Positions 45,293 to 56,069 of a DNA stretch of 64,000 nucleotides are shown here, one piece after another. The stretch is from Pelagomonas calceolata (taxonomy: Eukaryota): the NCBI GenBank assembly GCA_918797485.1, contig CAKKNE010000003.1, forward strand, positions 3,658,001-3,722,000. The letters are read 5' to 3'. Position 1 is the stretch's first letter, and each line of letters starts with the position of its first letter. Made by a program: the position numbers and the translations under genes. The notes beneath the pieces are model-generated. The model did no database searches. It had not been told where the DNA came from and saw nothing but the letters and a program-made list of their open reading frames with translations.

Positions 45293-46162
45293 ATGGCGCC
45301 GCGAGGAGCTCTCATCATGGTGGCACTCTGCATCCCTGTCGCGCCGCTGGTGATGGCGCCGTCGCGCCGCGTCGTCTACAAGGCCGGCGCGCCGAGAAAC
45401 ACACTGAGGTATGACACCTTACGGGTGCGACGGCGGCAGGTCGTCAAGGCGCGCCAGCCGTCGATGATTTTCGGTTTACAAAGGATGTTCAACTGGCTCA
45501 CGCCGACGGACATCGGCGCGGCCGTCATCTGCACGTACTTCGTCATCCGACGGCTGCGGATGATCGACAGCGACCCGACGGCCAACACGGCAGACGAGGA
45601 CGAAGAGGACGGCGCGGTCAATAGGGGAAATAAACTCTTCAAGAAGCTCAGCGGGGCGAACTACAACTACGTCGCGCAATCTGACGAGGACCTGGCCGCG
45701 CTACGGACGATGTGCTGCAAAAAGTGCGGGTTCACGATCTTCGTAGCTAAAGATAGACTGAAGCGCCACTTCGTCAAGGGCTTGGAATGTCTCCAGTGCG
45801 GCGCGAAGGCGCCCGACTTCTACAACGAGAACGACCCTGACGATCCCGTTAATTTTGAAGGAGCCACAGTGGAGTCCGCGGACGGCTACAAGCCGGACCC
45901 CGTCAAGATCGCGCAGCGCAAGGCCGAGATCGAGGCCGCGGAGCTCGCGGAGCTGGCGGCGCTGGCGGCGGAGAAGGAGCAGATGTCAAATTACGATGCC
46001 GTCGAGGACGACGTCGACGACATGGCGCCTGCACCGGTCGCCGAGGAGGCGCCCGTGGCCGTCGCCGAGGCGCCCGCGCCCGCACCCGCGCCGGCACCCG
46101 CGCCGGCGCCGGCGCCGAAGCCTCCGGTGGACGACGACATCTTCGGCGAGCTGGGCATCTAG
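45293..46162 (+). CDS. Putative plastid membrane protein with a rubredoxin-like CxxC...CxxC module
   Basis: CKKCGFTIF...CLQCGA; one TM; acidic/(AP)n tail. Confidence 0.65.
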   Translation: MAPRGALIMVALCIPVAPLVMAPSRRVVYKAGAPRNTLRYDTLRVRRRQVVKARQPSMIFGLQRMFNWLTPTDIGAAVICTYFVIRRLRMIDSDPTANTADEDEEDGAVNRGNKLFKKLSGANYNYVAQSDEDLAALRTMCCKKCGFTIFVAKDRLKRHFVKGLECLQCGAKAPDFYNENDPDDPVNFEGATVESADGYKPDPVKIAQRKAEIEAAELAELAALAAEKEQMSNYDAVEDDVDDMAPAPVAEEAPVAVAEAPAPAPAPAPAPAPAPKPPVDDDIFGELGI

Positions 46163-46280
46163 TGGCGGGTAACAAACAGACAGATTACGAGTGAAACCGG
46201 GCGATGCGTAGTAGAGGCGGTGCGCCGCGCCGCGTCGACGGCGTCGATGGTCGCGGAAAGCGCGCCGCCGCCGCGACCGG

Positions 46281-46814
46281 TCACTCGGTCGCGTCCAGCA
46301 GCGCCGTCAGACACTGCAGCGCCAAGGACGATTCTGTAGCCACGTCGTGCCGCAGGAGCTGCGCCAATAGCGACCCCGGCGCATCCCTAGAAGGCATCAC
46401 CGGGTCGGCGCGGTGCGCGTGGCGGCAGCCCCGCCCCCGCCGACACCCGCCCGGCTCGGTGAAGAAGCGGCACACCGGCACATTTGCGACGTCGTGAGAA
46501 TACGAACATTCCGCGCCTCGCCGGCACCGGCCGCCGTGGAGCATCGCCAGACAAATTTTCTGCGGCTGATGTTTCTTGGCAGGAGGCTCGTCGGAATCGT
46601 CGGAATCGTAGGCCGCCAGCGCCGCCAGGCCACAGGGCGGCTTCGCGGCCTCGGCGTCGCGCGCGAGGCGCGCCCGCGACGGCCAGCGCGCTTTCCGTTG
46701 CTCGCGCCAGCGCTTCACGTCCTCCGGGTCCGTGCCGAGCAGGATATTGAAGCGCGCGCCCTCGACCTCGACGTCGGCGAAGCCGCGGCCGGCGTACTGC
46801 GGCGGCACGGCCAT
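46281..46814 (-). CDS. NUFIP1-like CCCH zinc-finger protein
   Basis: PEDVKRWREQRKARWPS; two C-x8/9-C-x5-C-x3-H fingers; SLLAQLL C-terminus. Confidence 0.75.
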   Translation of the reverse strand: MAVPPQYAGRGFADVEVEGARFNILLGTDPEDVKRWREQRKARWPSRARLARDAEAAKPPCGLAALAAYDSDDSDEPPAKKHQPQKICLAMLHGGRCRRGAECSYSHDVANVPVCRFFTEPGGCRRGRGCRHAHRADPVMPSRDAPGSLLAQLLRHDVATESSLALQCLTALLDATE

Positions 46815-47065
46815 TCTGGCTGGGCCTGCTCTCACTGCCACCTGGCTTATGCGCTCGCGAGTTAGCAGCGCTGCGCTTGCTTCAGGCTTCGTATAATCGA
46901 TGCTGGGGCTAGCCCGAACGTGGCTAGACAGCGTAGCGCTGCGTTTGGCGTTTGACCTCGGCGCCGCTGCCGCGCTGCTCGGCGCCCGGCCGAGTAAATG
47001 GGCTCTAGCTCGGCCAAATCGCTCGCATTGCTCTAAAAAATTCACCAGTAATAGCAGACAACCGT

Positions 47066-48283
47066 ATGGCAGCCCTCACCGAGCCGTGGTCCAAGCGCCA
47101 CAAGGCTGTCACAAGAAATGATCGAGAGGGACTACAGTACAACCTCTCGAACTCGTTCGCGCAGCCGACGAGCCAGGCCGAGCTCGAGCGGCTCGCGCGC
47201 GAGCGCGGCGACGACGAATTAATCGCCGCGTACCGCGACCACCCTTTAGGTTATACGCCGAACGGCGGATCGCGGGACTGCCGCGCGGCCGTCGCGGACT
47301 CCATCTTCAGTGCGTGCCAAGCGGACGACGTATTGATCACTGCGGGCGGCCAGGTCGCTTTACAAACAGTGGCGTTTGCTTTACTGGAAGCGACCAGTTC
47401 GTTTGTACGCGGTTACGAAACGCCCAGGTCGCACGCCGTCGTGTTCACCCCCTCCTACCAGTCGTGCCAGGAGGCGCCATTACACGCCGGTGCCGCCGTC
47501 AGGAAGGTGCGGTTGACGCGCGCGAACGGCTGGGACATCGATCTTACTGATCTGGAGATCGCGTGCCGCGCCGACACGAAGCTTATCCTTATCAACCAGC
47601 CCTGGAACCCCGCGGGCACGCTTGTGTCGCGCGAGAAGCTCGAGGGCATCGTTGAGATCGCGCGGCGACACAATGCGTGGATCCTGGCTGACGAGATCTA
47701 CCGCTTCCTCGAGCACGACGCTGCGACTCGCCTGCCCGCCATCGCCGATATATATGAGAGGGGAGTGTCCATAGGAGCTTTATCAAAGCCCTTCGGCGCC
47801 GGCGGCGCTTCGCTCGGTTGGATTGCCTGTCGCGACGCCGAGGCGCGCCAGGCTTTCAAGGACGCAATGTATTTCGGGACGGCGTGCCCAGCGCGCGCGA
47901 GCGAGCTCCAGGCTCTGATGGTCCTGCGGGCGCGCGATGTTTTACTAGAAAGGAATTTGGGCATCATACGGCGGAACCTAGAAATCGTCGAGCGCTTCCT
48001 CGGCGAGAATAGTGACCTGTTCTCGTACGTCAAACCGACGGCGGGGTGTGTCCTGTGGGTCGAATTCAAGGGCCCGCTCACCTCGACGGAGCTCGGCGCC
48101 GCGCTCGCCGAAGCGGGCATCTCCATGAAGCCCTCCTACTGCTTCACGCCCGATCCGGACGACGGCGTCGACCAGTACTTTCGCATAGGGTTCGGCGAGG
48201 AGAAGGTGCCCGCCGCAATTGAAGCTCTGGCGCGATTCGTGGAGGCGAAGAGAAATGAGTGGGGCTTTCCACGACGTGCGTAG
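47066..48283 (+). CDS. PLP-dependent aminotransferase class I/II
   Basis: INQPWNPAG, ADEIYR, GALSKPFG...GW, FRIGFG. Confidence 0.9.
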   Translation: MAALTEPWSKRHKAVTRNDREGLQYNLSNSFAQPTSQAELERLARERGDDELIAAYRDHPLGYTPNGGSRDCRAAVADSIFSACQADDVLITAGGQVALQTVAFALLEATSSFVRGYETPRSHAVVFTPSYQSCQEAPLHAGAAVRKVRLTRANGWDIDLTDLEIACRADTKLILINQPWNPAGTLVSREKLEGIVEIARRHNAWILADEIYRFLEHDAATRLPAIADIYERGVSIGALSKPFGAGGASLGWIACRDAEARQAFKDAMYFGTACPARASELQALMVLRARDVLLERNLGIIRRNLEIVERFLGENSDLFSYVKPTAGCVLWVEFKGPLTSTELGAALAEAGISMKPSYCFTPDPDDGVDQYFRIGFGEEKVPAAIEALARFVEAKRNEWGFPRRA

Positions 48284-48300
48284 TGTGTATAAAACTAATG

Positions 48301-49185
48301 TTAAGGCGCAAAGTTCGGCGGCGGCTTGAACTGTGGCGGACCACCATACGGGTCTGGACCACCGGTCGCTGGTTGCGTCGTCCCGATCAAGTTGTGGAGG
48401 CCGAAGCCGATCTCAGCACAAAATTCCGCCGTAATTTCCTTCTCGTCGTCCTTGAACTTCTCCTTCAGCTTCTCCCGCGCGGCCTCGAAGTCGTCGGCGC
48501 TGCAGCCGATCGCCACAAGGGCTCGTTTCAGCAGGTCCAGGGGTTTCTCGTCGCTCTTCCCGGCGTTAAAGTCCTCGATCTTCTTCAGCTTCGGGTCCGT
48601 AGCTGTCTGGCCGCGCACGTGCGAGCCGCCCAACGGTGCTGCTGCACCCGGCTTGATATCGCTATGTCTACCAGTAGCGCAGCCCTTGATCTGCATGAAG
48701 CTCTCCCAGTCGTAGGCCTTCTTCTGCGGACAACAGGACCAGTATTTTGCGGTTTCGTGGAAGACGGGCGGCTTCGTGTGGTGGCGGCAGGCATCATCGC
48801 TATTCGCCCTTTCCGTGTACTTTTTGTTGCACCCAAACAGCTTGCACGCGCGACAGCGATCCAAAGGATCGAGCATGTCGTTGTTCACGGTCTGCATCGG
48901 TTTGGGGGCTGCGGGTGCGGACCCGAACTTCACATATAGGTCAGCCCTATCATGAACTTTTTCACACACGGTCGTGTGCGGCTGCAAGACTTGGCGCATC
49001 TCGGTTTCTAAACGGTACTGCGACGCGACCATTTGATTTTCAGGATGCTTGGCGTTGTACGACTTGATGAAGGTGTCCATCAAATTGGAGCAGGGCCCCA
49101 TTTCCCATTTCTTCGGTAAGGTGATTTTCAGAGTTTGTCTCAATGATTCGGCCGCCGGTTCCTCGTAGTGGATGAAGACCTTCAT
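48301..49185 (-). CDS. CHORD-domain protein with ubiquitin-like N-terminus
   Basis: CKLFGCNKKY...CRHH...PVFHETAKYWSCC...F..IKGC..GRH. Confidence 0.85.
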   Translation of the reverse strand: MKVFIHYEEPAAESLRQTLKITLPKKWEMGPCSNLMDTFIKSYNAKHPENQMVASQYRLETEMRQVLQPHTTVCEKVHDRADLYVKFGSAPAAPKPMQTVNNDMLDPLDRCRACKLFGCNKKYTERANSDDACRHHTKPPVFHETAKYWSCCPQKKAYDWESFMQIKGCATGRHSDIKPGAAAPLGGSHVRGQTATDPKLKKIEDFNAGKSDEKPLDLLKRALVAIGCSADDFEAAREKLKEKFKDDEKEITAEFCAEIGFGLHNLIGTTQPATGGPDPYGGPPQFKPPPNFAP

Positions 49186-49618
49186 GGCTGCTGTTGCTGT
49201 GCTGCGCTGCTGTGCGAATGCCGATGTCTGCTGTGCGACGGCGTGCGGCGCCTGGGCAAATGCGGAGGCTTGTGTGTGCTTTGGTGTGCTGCGCAGCGCG
49301 ACGCCGTGCACGATGCTGGATCGCTGCCGGTGTGTGCTGGCGAGAACGTGTACGCCAACGACGCGTCCGGATTGCCTAGTGAGCGCTGCGGCTAATGGCG
49401 TCGTCGTCGATCGAGGCGTGAGTTATCGGTACAGGTAAGGTACCTTATACTTCGTTGGTAGGGGGCGCCGGGAGCGTTGGCCGAGGGCTCGTAATCAGCC
49501 GCCATCCGCGCGGTCCCACGGCCGCACGCGTCGTCCGCAGGGCGCAAGCGATCGGAGCATCACGCTGCGCACCCGAAAACGCCGGTGGACAGCACTGGGG
49601 CAGCCCTAGCTAGCCACC

Positions 49619-51025
49619 ATGCCAGACACGCCGTCGACACGAGGCCGCGCCACCGTCCGGACGCCGGTCAGCGGCGGCAGCGATGATACGTGGAGCCCCG
49701 AACGAACGCCCGACGTCCGCCCGACGACGGGCGCGAGCGTCACCTTCGGCGAACCGAGCGGCGACCAGTGGGGCGACTACGACACCTTCTCTCCTGAATC
49801 TAGACCGATGACCGGCGTGTCGAGGCCTACGACCGGGAAATCGCGGCCCTGGACCGGCGGATCGGAAATGACGCGCATGTCGTCCAGAGCGATGACCCCA
49901 CATACGCCCGGCCATCTCTCGCGCAAGGACAGCGGCTGGACGGCTCGGACGACGGGCACGGCCCACACCACCGCTACGCACACGTCCGACTACTCGGCAT
50001 GGGGTATGTACTCAGAGGGCTTTGCGGAAAGCGAGCCGCCCGAGAGCTGGCGCGACAAGGTCCTCGAGGCCTGGCGCGTCCCGCCGCTCTGGAGCACGCA
50101 GATGCGGAGCGACACGCACAAGCACCTCGAGGACTGCACGTTACTTCGCGTGAACGCGCAGACCGCTCGAGACGGGCCTTATAGACATCGCATATCGATC
50201 GAGGAGGCCGACGACGTCTGGGCGCCGCACTTGTATCTGTACGTGTTCCCGGAGCACCCGGAGGGCTCCGTCGCCAAGGGCATCGCGCGGCGCTACGTCC
50301 TCGACCGCGCGGAGGAGCCGCATCGATCTAGATTAAGGTGGGAGCGCGACGCGAAGCCCCAAACAAGGGACACGGAGCCGAGCTGGTGTGCGCCGCGAGG
50401 CGAGTTCAAGTCCTTCTTCGCGCTGCCGGAGCCGCAGCCGGGCCTGTCGGAGTTTCATATCGATTGGACGTCCGCGCCGGATCGGTATATGGTTTCTACG
50501 GAATACCGGCCGGCGGCGGCCTGGCTGCGGTGTTTTAGGTTTTTTGCCTACAAGGCGACGAAGTTCCATTTGTTAGAACGAGTGTGGCCCCACGGCAGCG
50601 AGCTCACGACATCTTATAGACTCGTAGCAGGGCACGAGTGTCCTGTCAATGCGCACTGGCGGTGTTTGTTTGCCTTCTTCGCTTTTGACAGTTGTGTGCC
50701 GAACGCCAACCAATATACCATACAACAGTCCGTGGATGGGTATGATCGGCTACGGGTGGGCATGACGGCGTCCATCAGGCCTGGTGAGTGGGATCCAAAT
50801 GACCTCAAATTCTATGCGTATGACGTTCCTGTCCCTGGTACTGCCAAGTTCTCCGTCCAGTACCGCGTTCGCGACGGCACGAACATGGAGTGCGAGCAGA
50901 ACCGGTTGAGTATTGACCACGCCGTGGGCCCATGGGTGGAAAAGTTCGTCTTCTACGGGTACCCGGCGCCGACGATAGAGCTCGAGGCGCCGAAGGACGA
51001 GGAGCTGTACGAGGCGTCGGCCTAA
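49619..51025 (+). CDS. Hypothetical protein with RPxTG-rich N-terminus
   Basis: 468-aa ATG-initiated ORF with coding-like composition; no family recognised. Confidence 0.65.
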   Translation: MPDTPSTRGRATVRTPVSGGSDDTWSPERTPDVRPTTGASVTFGEPSGDQWGDYDTFSPESRPMTGVSRPTTGKSRPWTGGSEMTRMSSRAMTPHTPGHLSRKDSGWTARTTGTAHTTATHTSDYSAWGMYSEGFAESEPPESWRDKVLEAWRVPPLWSTQMRSDTHKHLEDCTLLRVNAQTARDGPYRHRISIEEADDVWAPHLYLYVFPEHPEGSVAKGIARRYVLDRAEEPHRSRLRWERDAKPQTRDTEPSWCAPRGEFKSFFALPEPQPGLSEFHIDWTSAPDRYMVSTEYRPAAAWLRCFRFFAYKATKFHLLERVWPHGSELTTSYRLVAGHECPVNAHWRCLFAFFAFDSCVPNANQYTIQQSVDGYDRLRVGMTASIRPGEWDPNDLKFYAYDVPVPGTAKFSVQYRVRDGTNMECEQNRLSIDHAVGPWVEKFVFYGYPAPTIELEAPKDEELYEASA

Positions 51026-51030
51026 GTGTG

Positions 51031-52170
51031 TTATTTTTTACTCGTCGGCGGCGTTTCGCGGGCGGCGAGCGCGGCTCGCGCGTTTCGCAGGAATTCCTCA
51101 ATCCCCGCTGTGACCGGGTGCGTGCCGCCCATCAAGCGCCTTGCGATCCGTGCCGTGTCTTCGAGCGTCGTCACGGCCTCGCGGAGATCGTCGAGCGTCG
51201 CGCCGTCGGCCCGGCAGAGCGCCTCCGCGTACATCGACCGCATCCTGAGCGTGGCGTCATTACTATCGCCGAGAATACGTCGTGCCACAGGAACCACTTT
51301 GCGTGATAGTGACTTGACTTCTTCGAAGCGCGATAGATCCTTAAGGGACGACGCGTAGTTGTTGGCCGCTCGGAGGGTGCTCTCATGCTCCTCGCCCAGT
51401 AACTTCAAACGTCCGGAGTATACATCCCGTTTGATCTGCAGTGCCCGCTCATGCCGTCCCAGGCTTGCATACGTTGTCGCGAGATTGCTCTGCACGTCAA
51501 GAAGGACCCCTTCTGGTACGTGAAGGCGCCGCATCATAGACAAATTAGCCTCTTGCACGGACAACGCGTCGTTATAGTGGCCTGCCGCGTATAAACCGCC
51601 TGCGAGCTGCCTCATCGACAAGAGCCAAAATCTATCCGTCTCCGGCCGGCCCATGTATGTCTTCCAGCACGCCCATCCGAGCGCGCACTTCACGACGCCG
51701 TGGTATTTTTGCTCACACAAGCTGCACGTGTGCCAACGATCAAATCTCTCACCAAACGCCTTGGCGTCCAGATTGTTCTCCTCGGCTTCCGCGACCAAAA
51801 TCTTCGCCTGCTCCGCCAAGCACGACACGTGCGCGAAACCCGCTGTCCCACGGCACGCGCACCCGCGCACGAGGCCCTCCTTCGTTTTCCAATGCAAAGC
51901 TTGCGTGCAGATGTAGCACGTCTGGCCCTTGGTGTCGTCCGCGCACGCCTCCGCCGCGACCGCGACTGCCTCCGAGTACTTCTTATTTGCGTTGTATTGT
52001 TCAGCGCCACCAGCCTTTTTTATTGGTTTGCAGAGCTGGTCATGGCCGCCCTCTTTCCAGTGCTGCACCTGGCATTCAGCCCCACAGTAGCGGGTGCTGC
52101 AGCGGCCGCATTTCTTGCCCAAGGATAAGCCAAGCTCGGTGGCGCAGACGGCGCACTGCGTGAGGATCAT
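51031..52170 (-). CDS. zf-MYND + RINGv + TPR (kinesin light chain-like) protein
   Basis: CAVC...CGRC...YCGAECQ..HW..H..C; CYIC...CACRG..GFAHVSCL...CSLC; TPR helices. Confidence 0.88.
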   Translation of the reverse strand: MILTQCAVCATELGLSLGKKCGRCSTRYCGAECQVQHWKEGGHDQLCKPIKKAGGAEQYNANKKYSEAVAVAAEACADDTKGQTCYICTQALHWKTKEGLVRGCACRGTAGFAHVSCLAEQAKILVAEAEENNLDAKAFGERFDRWHTCSLCEQKYHGVVKCALGWACWKTYMGRPETDRFWLLSMRQLAGGLYAAGHYNDALSVQEANLSMMRRLHVPEGVLLDVQSNLATTYASLGRHERALQIKRDVYSGRLKLLGEEHESTLRAANNYASSLKDLSRFEEVKSLSRKVVPVARRILGDSNDATLRMRSMYAEALCRADGATLDDLREAVTTLEDTARIARRLMGGTHPVTAGIEEFLRNARAALAARETPPTSKK

Positions 52171-52431
52171 CTTCTATATGGTCAAATCGCTCGGGGCTGC
52201 CCTACGCTGCCCTACGATGCCCTGCTGGCTCGGCTGCTTTGTTTGCTAGTGTGTTACTGCCGCTAAGCTGCGGTCGAATTAATTATTGAGCCGTCGTGAT
52301 CGATCGTGCGTAGCGTTCGCTGCAGCATCTGGGCCGCGTAGAACAACCTTTACCGACCGCTGCTCCACGTCGCGGATCGACGCGATCCCACGTTGCAGCA
52401 GACAAGAGATCGAACCACAGCTAAAAAAGGC

Positions 52432-54009
52432 ATGGCACCTCGCAAGCTCACCCCACCCGTATTGGGGGCCGACGCGTCGCAAAAAGCCGTCGCCGCGCTG
52501 CGCAAGCACCTCTCGGCCCAATTGTCTCCAGTTTTATGCGTCGAGGACGCGGCGCTCGCCGCGCGCTGCCGCGCGATGGCATCACGAGAGTCGGCACTGC
52601 ACGCGTCGCAACCGGACGCGCGCCAGGAGGCCTTCCCGCTCGACGGTCCTGACTGGTCGCAACTGCGCGAGGACCTCACGGCGCTGGCGGAGAGGACGCT
52701 GCGGCGGCTCGCGCCCGACGTGCCTCGGTTGCCGCTCGACGCGAGATTGTGCCTGCGGCGGTACCCGCCCGGGCACACGGGCCAGCGGCTGGGCGCTCAT
52801 GTGGATGATACGCTGTGTACGTTACTTTGGGCGTCGACGCCGGGGCTCGAAATTCTAGCTCCGCAGGATGATGCCGCGTGGAATGGTGCTGACGTGGCCA
52901 AGGTGGGTCTGCCCACGATGGGCCCGCCGCCGAAGGTCGTCCAAGAAGACGACTGGGCCACGGTGACGCCGCCTTCTGCCGATTGCTTCCTGTTTACGCC
53001 TGGGAATGGGTGGAGCGGTATCGTGACGTCGGTGCCCTTGCGCTCGCCCACGTTGCATCGCGTGGCCGTCGGCGGCGACGTCGAGCGCCTGTCGCTGCCT
53101 TTGCTGGTGAGCGTGCGCGGCGACTACGGGTCGGCGTTGAATTCGGTGGGCGAGGCGCTGCGGCAAATATCGCTGGACGGTGCTGCGAAGGCGGCCGAGG
53201 ACCGCCTGTCGCCGCTCACGGAAGTCCTCGGCGTCGAGCTGCTGCAGCACCTCGACGCCGAGTCGCTGTGCCGGCTCAACATGTGCGCGCGGTTCTTCGG
53301 CGAGGAGCACGCGACGACGCGGCGGTCCCGCTGCGAGGACGCGGCGCGGGAGCGGGCGCTCGATTTGATGCAGGGACACGTGACGGGCCTGTGCGTCTTG
53401 GAGGGCGTGAGCTCCGTCAGACAGCTCGGGCAGCAGGTGTTTCGTGCGTTCCTCGTTGCATTCTATAAAAGCCTCGCGAGGGAGCAGTGTCGAACATTTC
53501 CGTACCTGCCGGACGGCCGACGAATACCCAAGGGTCGCTGGCCGAAGTGGCGCCAAGACTTCCAGGGCTGGTTTCACACCCTGGACGCCTTCGAGGCGGG
53601 TCCGGTGGCCGCGTATGCCGCCGCGGAAGCTTTGCGCGGGCTGGCTATGGCCGTCACCGGCGGCAGCCCTCCACAGGCTGTGCTCGACGCCGCTCGCGAG
53701 GCCGCGGATAGAGCTCTCCTCGCGAGGCCGGGCGAACTTCGAGTCTGGGTAGACACACGGCGGGACCTTCCGCATGATGACGGGCGCATCGCGGCGCTCG
53801 TGGCGGGCCAGGGCGGGAGGTGGGAGCGGAATTACGACTCGGATGATTACTCGGATGATTCGTACGACACAATGTTTTTCGGGACCGCGACCTTCCCGAG
53901 TCTGCGGCACGCCGTCGAAGTGAAGGACGCGCTCCGCGCGGACGAGGCCGTGGAATGCCTGAGCGTGCAATATTTGGACTGGGAAAGACTGAATTACCTC
54001 CTCAGCTAA
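52432..54009 (+). CDS. 2OG-Fe(II) oxygenase-like domain fused to F-box-like and C-terminal RRM-like regions
   Basis: LRRYP...LGAHVDDTLCTLL...GLEI...TLHRV...ERLSLP; LLQHLDAESLCRLNMCARFF. Confidence 0.7.
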   Translation: MAPRKLTPPVLGADASQKAVAALRKHLSAQLSPVLCVEDAALAARCRAMASRESALHASQPDARQEAFPLDGPDWSQLREDLTALAERTLRRLAPDVPRLPLDARLCLRRYPPGHTGQRLGAHVDDTLCTLLWASTPGLEILAPQDDAAWNGADVAKVGLPTMGPPPKVVQEDDWATVTPPSADCFLFTPGNGWSGIVTSVPLRSPTLHRVAVGGDVERLSLPLLVSVRGDYGSALNSVGEALRQISLDGAAKAAEDRLSPLTEVLGVELLQHLDAESLCRLNMCARFFGEEHATTRRSRCEDAARERALDLMQGHVTGLCVLEGVSSVRQLGQQVFRAFLVAFYKSLAREQCRTFPYLPDGRRIPKGRWPKWRQDFQGWFHTLDAFEAGPVAAYAAAEALRGLAMAVTGGSPPQAVLDAAREAADRALLARPGELRVWVDTRRDLPHDDGRIAALVAGQGGRWERNYDSDDYSDDSYDTMFFGTATFPSLRHAVEVKDALRADEAVECLSVQYLDWERLNYLLS

Positions 54010-54042
54010 GAATGTTTGTGAACGTATAAATTACCCAACCAC

Positions 54043-55359
54043 CTACTTCGCCCGGAAGCCCTGGACCGTGTCGACGAAGAACTTCGCGTGCGGTTCAGGC
54101 GTGTCGGCCTCGATGCCGTGGCCGAGGTTCATGACGTGGCCGTTGTGCGCGCCCGCTTGCAAGATTTTTTCCGTCTCCTCCTTGATCTTCTCCAGGGGCC
54201 CGTCCCTCAATAGTTTCGGGTCCAAGTTCCCCTGCAAGGCCAAATGATCCGGCATCTTCGCTCTGACGTCCGCGAAATCAACCGTGTAGTCGAGCGACAC
54301 GCAATTGACACCCGTAGTAGCCAACAGATCCAGGAACTGGCCGTCCTTGGAATGGATATCAGGGGCCATGTAGATAATCACGGGCGTCGTCGGGTGTTTG
54401 GCTTTGATGGCCTCCACCACCCGCTTCTGGTACGGCATCGCGAACGTCTCGTACTGGTCCTTGGGCAGGTGCCCGGCCCACGAATCAAACACCTGGATGA
54501 CCTGGGCGCCCTGGTCGACCTGGTAGCAGGCGTAGTCGCCGATGTTGTCCGCGAGCTTCGACAGGATGCCGTGGAGCAGCTCCGGGTTTTCCTCGCGCAT
54601 CTTTTTGACCTCCGCAAATCCCGAAGTGGTCCCCGTCTTGCCCTCGACGAGGTACGAGGCCAGCGTGAAGGGCAGGCCCACAAACCCAAGGACCGTCGCC
54701 TTGTTGCCGACCTCTTCTCGCAGCTTGCCGAGGACCTCGCCGACGAACGGGCACGCGGTGGTTGCGTCGAACTCCCCTTTACCCTTGAATTTCGCCAGGT
54801 CCGCCTCCGTGCGGATCGGCGGGATGGAGATGGCGCCGCCTTCCGAGATCTGGAACTCGACGCCCATGGCCGGTAGGGGCGTGAGGATGTCGGAGAAGAG
54901 GATGACGCCGTCGACCTGTGTGGAAATCAAATTTTACGGCGCGTTCGCGACCTCCAAGCCATCGGCGCGACGCCTGCTCGATGGCGTGGCGATGCCGGTG
55001 CACCCGACTCACTGTTTGATTTCCACACAGCCGTCGACGCCGTACGCGCGGAAGGGCTGCAGGGAGATCTCCAGCGCCGCCTCGGGGATCTCGGACCGCT
55101 CCCTAAAGGTGGGATACTTGGCCACGAGGTCCCGGTACACTTTCATGTGGCGGCCCGCTTGCCTCATCATCCACACGGGCGTCCGTTCTACTTTCTCGCC
55201 GCGCGCGGCGCGCAGCAGCAGCGGCTCATCTGTGGCTGCAGCTTCAGTAACCACAGCCGTTCGCGGCCTTGCCCTGGCGCCGCGGGCCGGGCCGGTCGCC
55301 AGCGCGCTGGCGCATGCGACGCACGCCAGCGCGCGCATCGCTATCCTTCGTACAGCCAT
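54043..55359 (-). CDS. hemE: Uroporphyrinogen decarboxylase, plastid-targeted, 2 exons (intron 54916-55038)
   Basis: [45 protein letters not shown]. Confidence 0.96.
54916..55030. mobile_element. Introner family A, 115 bp, perfect 8-bp TSD CCGTCGAC (54908-54915, 55031-55038)
   Basis: Same TIRs; reverse complement aligns to 3911-4113 with internal gaps. Confidence 0.92.
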
Positions 55360-55714
55360 TTGGACTGAGGTCACGGCTCGAGTATCAAGCAAGTGAGACT
55401 TCAGGCTGGGGTCGGGTCGCCGAACGCGCAAAGTATCTCTCCGGGTGGTTTTGCAGGTCTACAGTTGGCGCTACACAAAGTGGGGGGCTCTTTCGGCCTT
55501 AGCACTCTAGCTTAGCACTCTAGCTCAGCCAGGCTTACTGCCGGCGCGCTTATTGTGCTGCATCCATTATCACAAAGCCGGTCGAGCACGTGCGCAGCTC
55601 TAAATACTGCTGCGAGGCAGTACGACCGCGAGCCGCGACAGATAACAGCTCGGAAGCTAAACCAGCTCGGAGAGCATTTGTGCTCTCTCTGACACAAATC
55701 GAAACAAATCGAAG

Positions 55715-56050
55715 ATGTGGCAAGTACGAGCAGCAGGGCTGTTAGGCGGCAGCAGCGTCGCCGCCGGCGCCTACGGCGCGCACGGTCTCAAGGTTTCCGA
55801 GGAGTACAAGACGATCTGGCGGACGGCCGTGCAGTACCACCAGTTCGCCGCCGTTTCTTTACTCGCCGCGGCCGCCGTGCCGTCGGCGAGGGCGCGCCTG
55901 GTCTCGGGAGTCGGCATATTGGCCGGGGCCGCCGCCTTCTCCGGCAGCAACTACGCCGTCGCATTCTACGAGGACCGGTCCCTCGCGAAGCTCGGGCCCT
56001 ACGGAGGGATGAGCCTGATCGGCGGCTGGCTGGCGCTCACCGTCCTGTAG
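55715..56050 (+). CDS. TMEM256/DUF423 small membrane protein
   Basis: GAYGAHGL, WRTAVQYH, FSGSNY, PYGG..LIGGW. Confidence 0.88.
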   Translation: MWQVRAAGLLGGSSVAAGAYGAHGLKVSEEYKTIWRTAVQYHQFAAVSLLAAAAVPSARARLVSGVGILAGAAAFSGSNYAVAFYEDRSLAKLGPYGGMSLIGGWLALTVL

Positions 56051-56069
56051 TGATATAAGAAACATGTAA

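Noticed and set aside
46070..46118. (AP)n repeat similar to 16637-16722
   Set aside because: Common low-complexity linker; no evidence of shared origin
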